Source: Mobula hypostoma
Taxonomy: Eukaryota
Length of the DNA stretch: 64,000 nt
Direction: 5' to 3'
Assembly: GCF_963921235.1 (NCBI RefSeq)
Contig: NC_086108.1
Location: 115,136,001-115,200,000 of the forward strand
Numbering within the stretch: position 1 is the stretch's first letter; every line of letters begins with the position of its first letter. Made by a program: the position numbers and the translations under genes. The notes under the pieces are model-generated. The model was not told where the DNA came from, made no database searches, and saw only the letters and a program-made list of their open reading frames with translations. Shown piece by piece: positions 63,741-64,000 of this stretch.

Positions 63741-64000
63741 GTAAGACGTATACTGTGTGGGGGTGGAAAGGTGAATTGTGGGAGGAGTTTGTGTGGAAAC
63801 GTATTCATTAACACTGAACCATGGTTACTCCTTGTAAACACCGATTCCCTGTAACTGACGCTAATACTCTGATCTTTAGTTACTAATCCACATCATTAAA
63901 TCATTCATGATAAATATACGGTCTGTAGAACATTTCATCTCACCATGTGCAAACACCCCCTCAAAGACAGAATTTCATATTTTTCCAAGTGTCCACAAAT

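Overview
Eukaryotic, transposon-dense genomic DNA. The repeat set (CR1 LINEs with an esterase ORF1, Rex1/Babar-type LINEs, V-SINE/HE1-like SINEs, Penelope-like remnants) suggests a cartilaginous fish; this is inference. The minus strand carries the 5' part of RNPC3 (U11/U12-65K minor-spliceosome protein): a CpG-island promoter and probable non-coding first exon near 17.2-17.7 kb, then four in-phase coding exons (16213-16049, 11111-11064, 9419-9301, 4074-3985). The gene continues beyond base 1. A second CpG island near 42.05-42.4 kb has NRF1, ETS, GC-box and RFX X-box motifs and seems to start an unidentified + strand gene, with candidate exons at 50213-50284 and 63667-63740. Most of the rest is nested transposon relics, plus several G/C-skewed tandem arrays. 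The most notable observations are a ~12.8 kb, 28-bp satellite that expanded inside a LINE 3' end whose unexpanded seed is visible in sister copies, and an intact minimal hammerhead-ribozyme motif in a young Penelope-like insertion. No CRISPR array, rRNA or genuine tRNA gene was seen. Most ORFs in the supplied track are transposon fragments or repeat artefacts. Repeat boundaries are approximate unless TSDs/TIRs are quoted.
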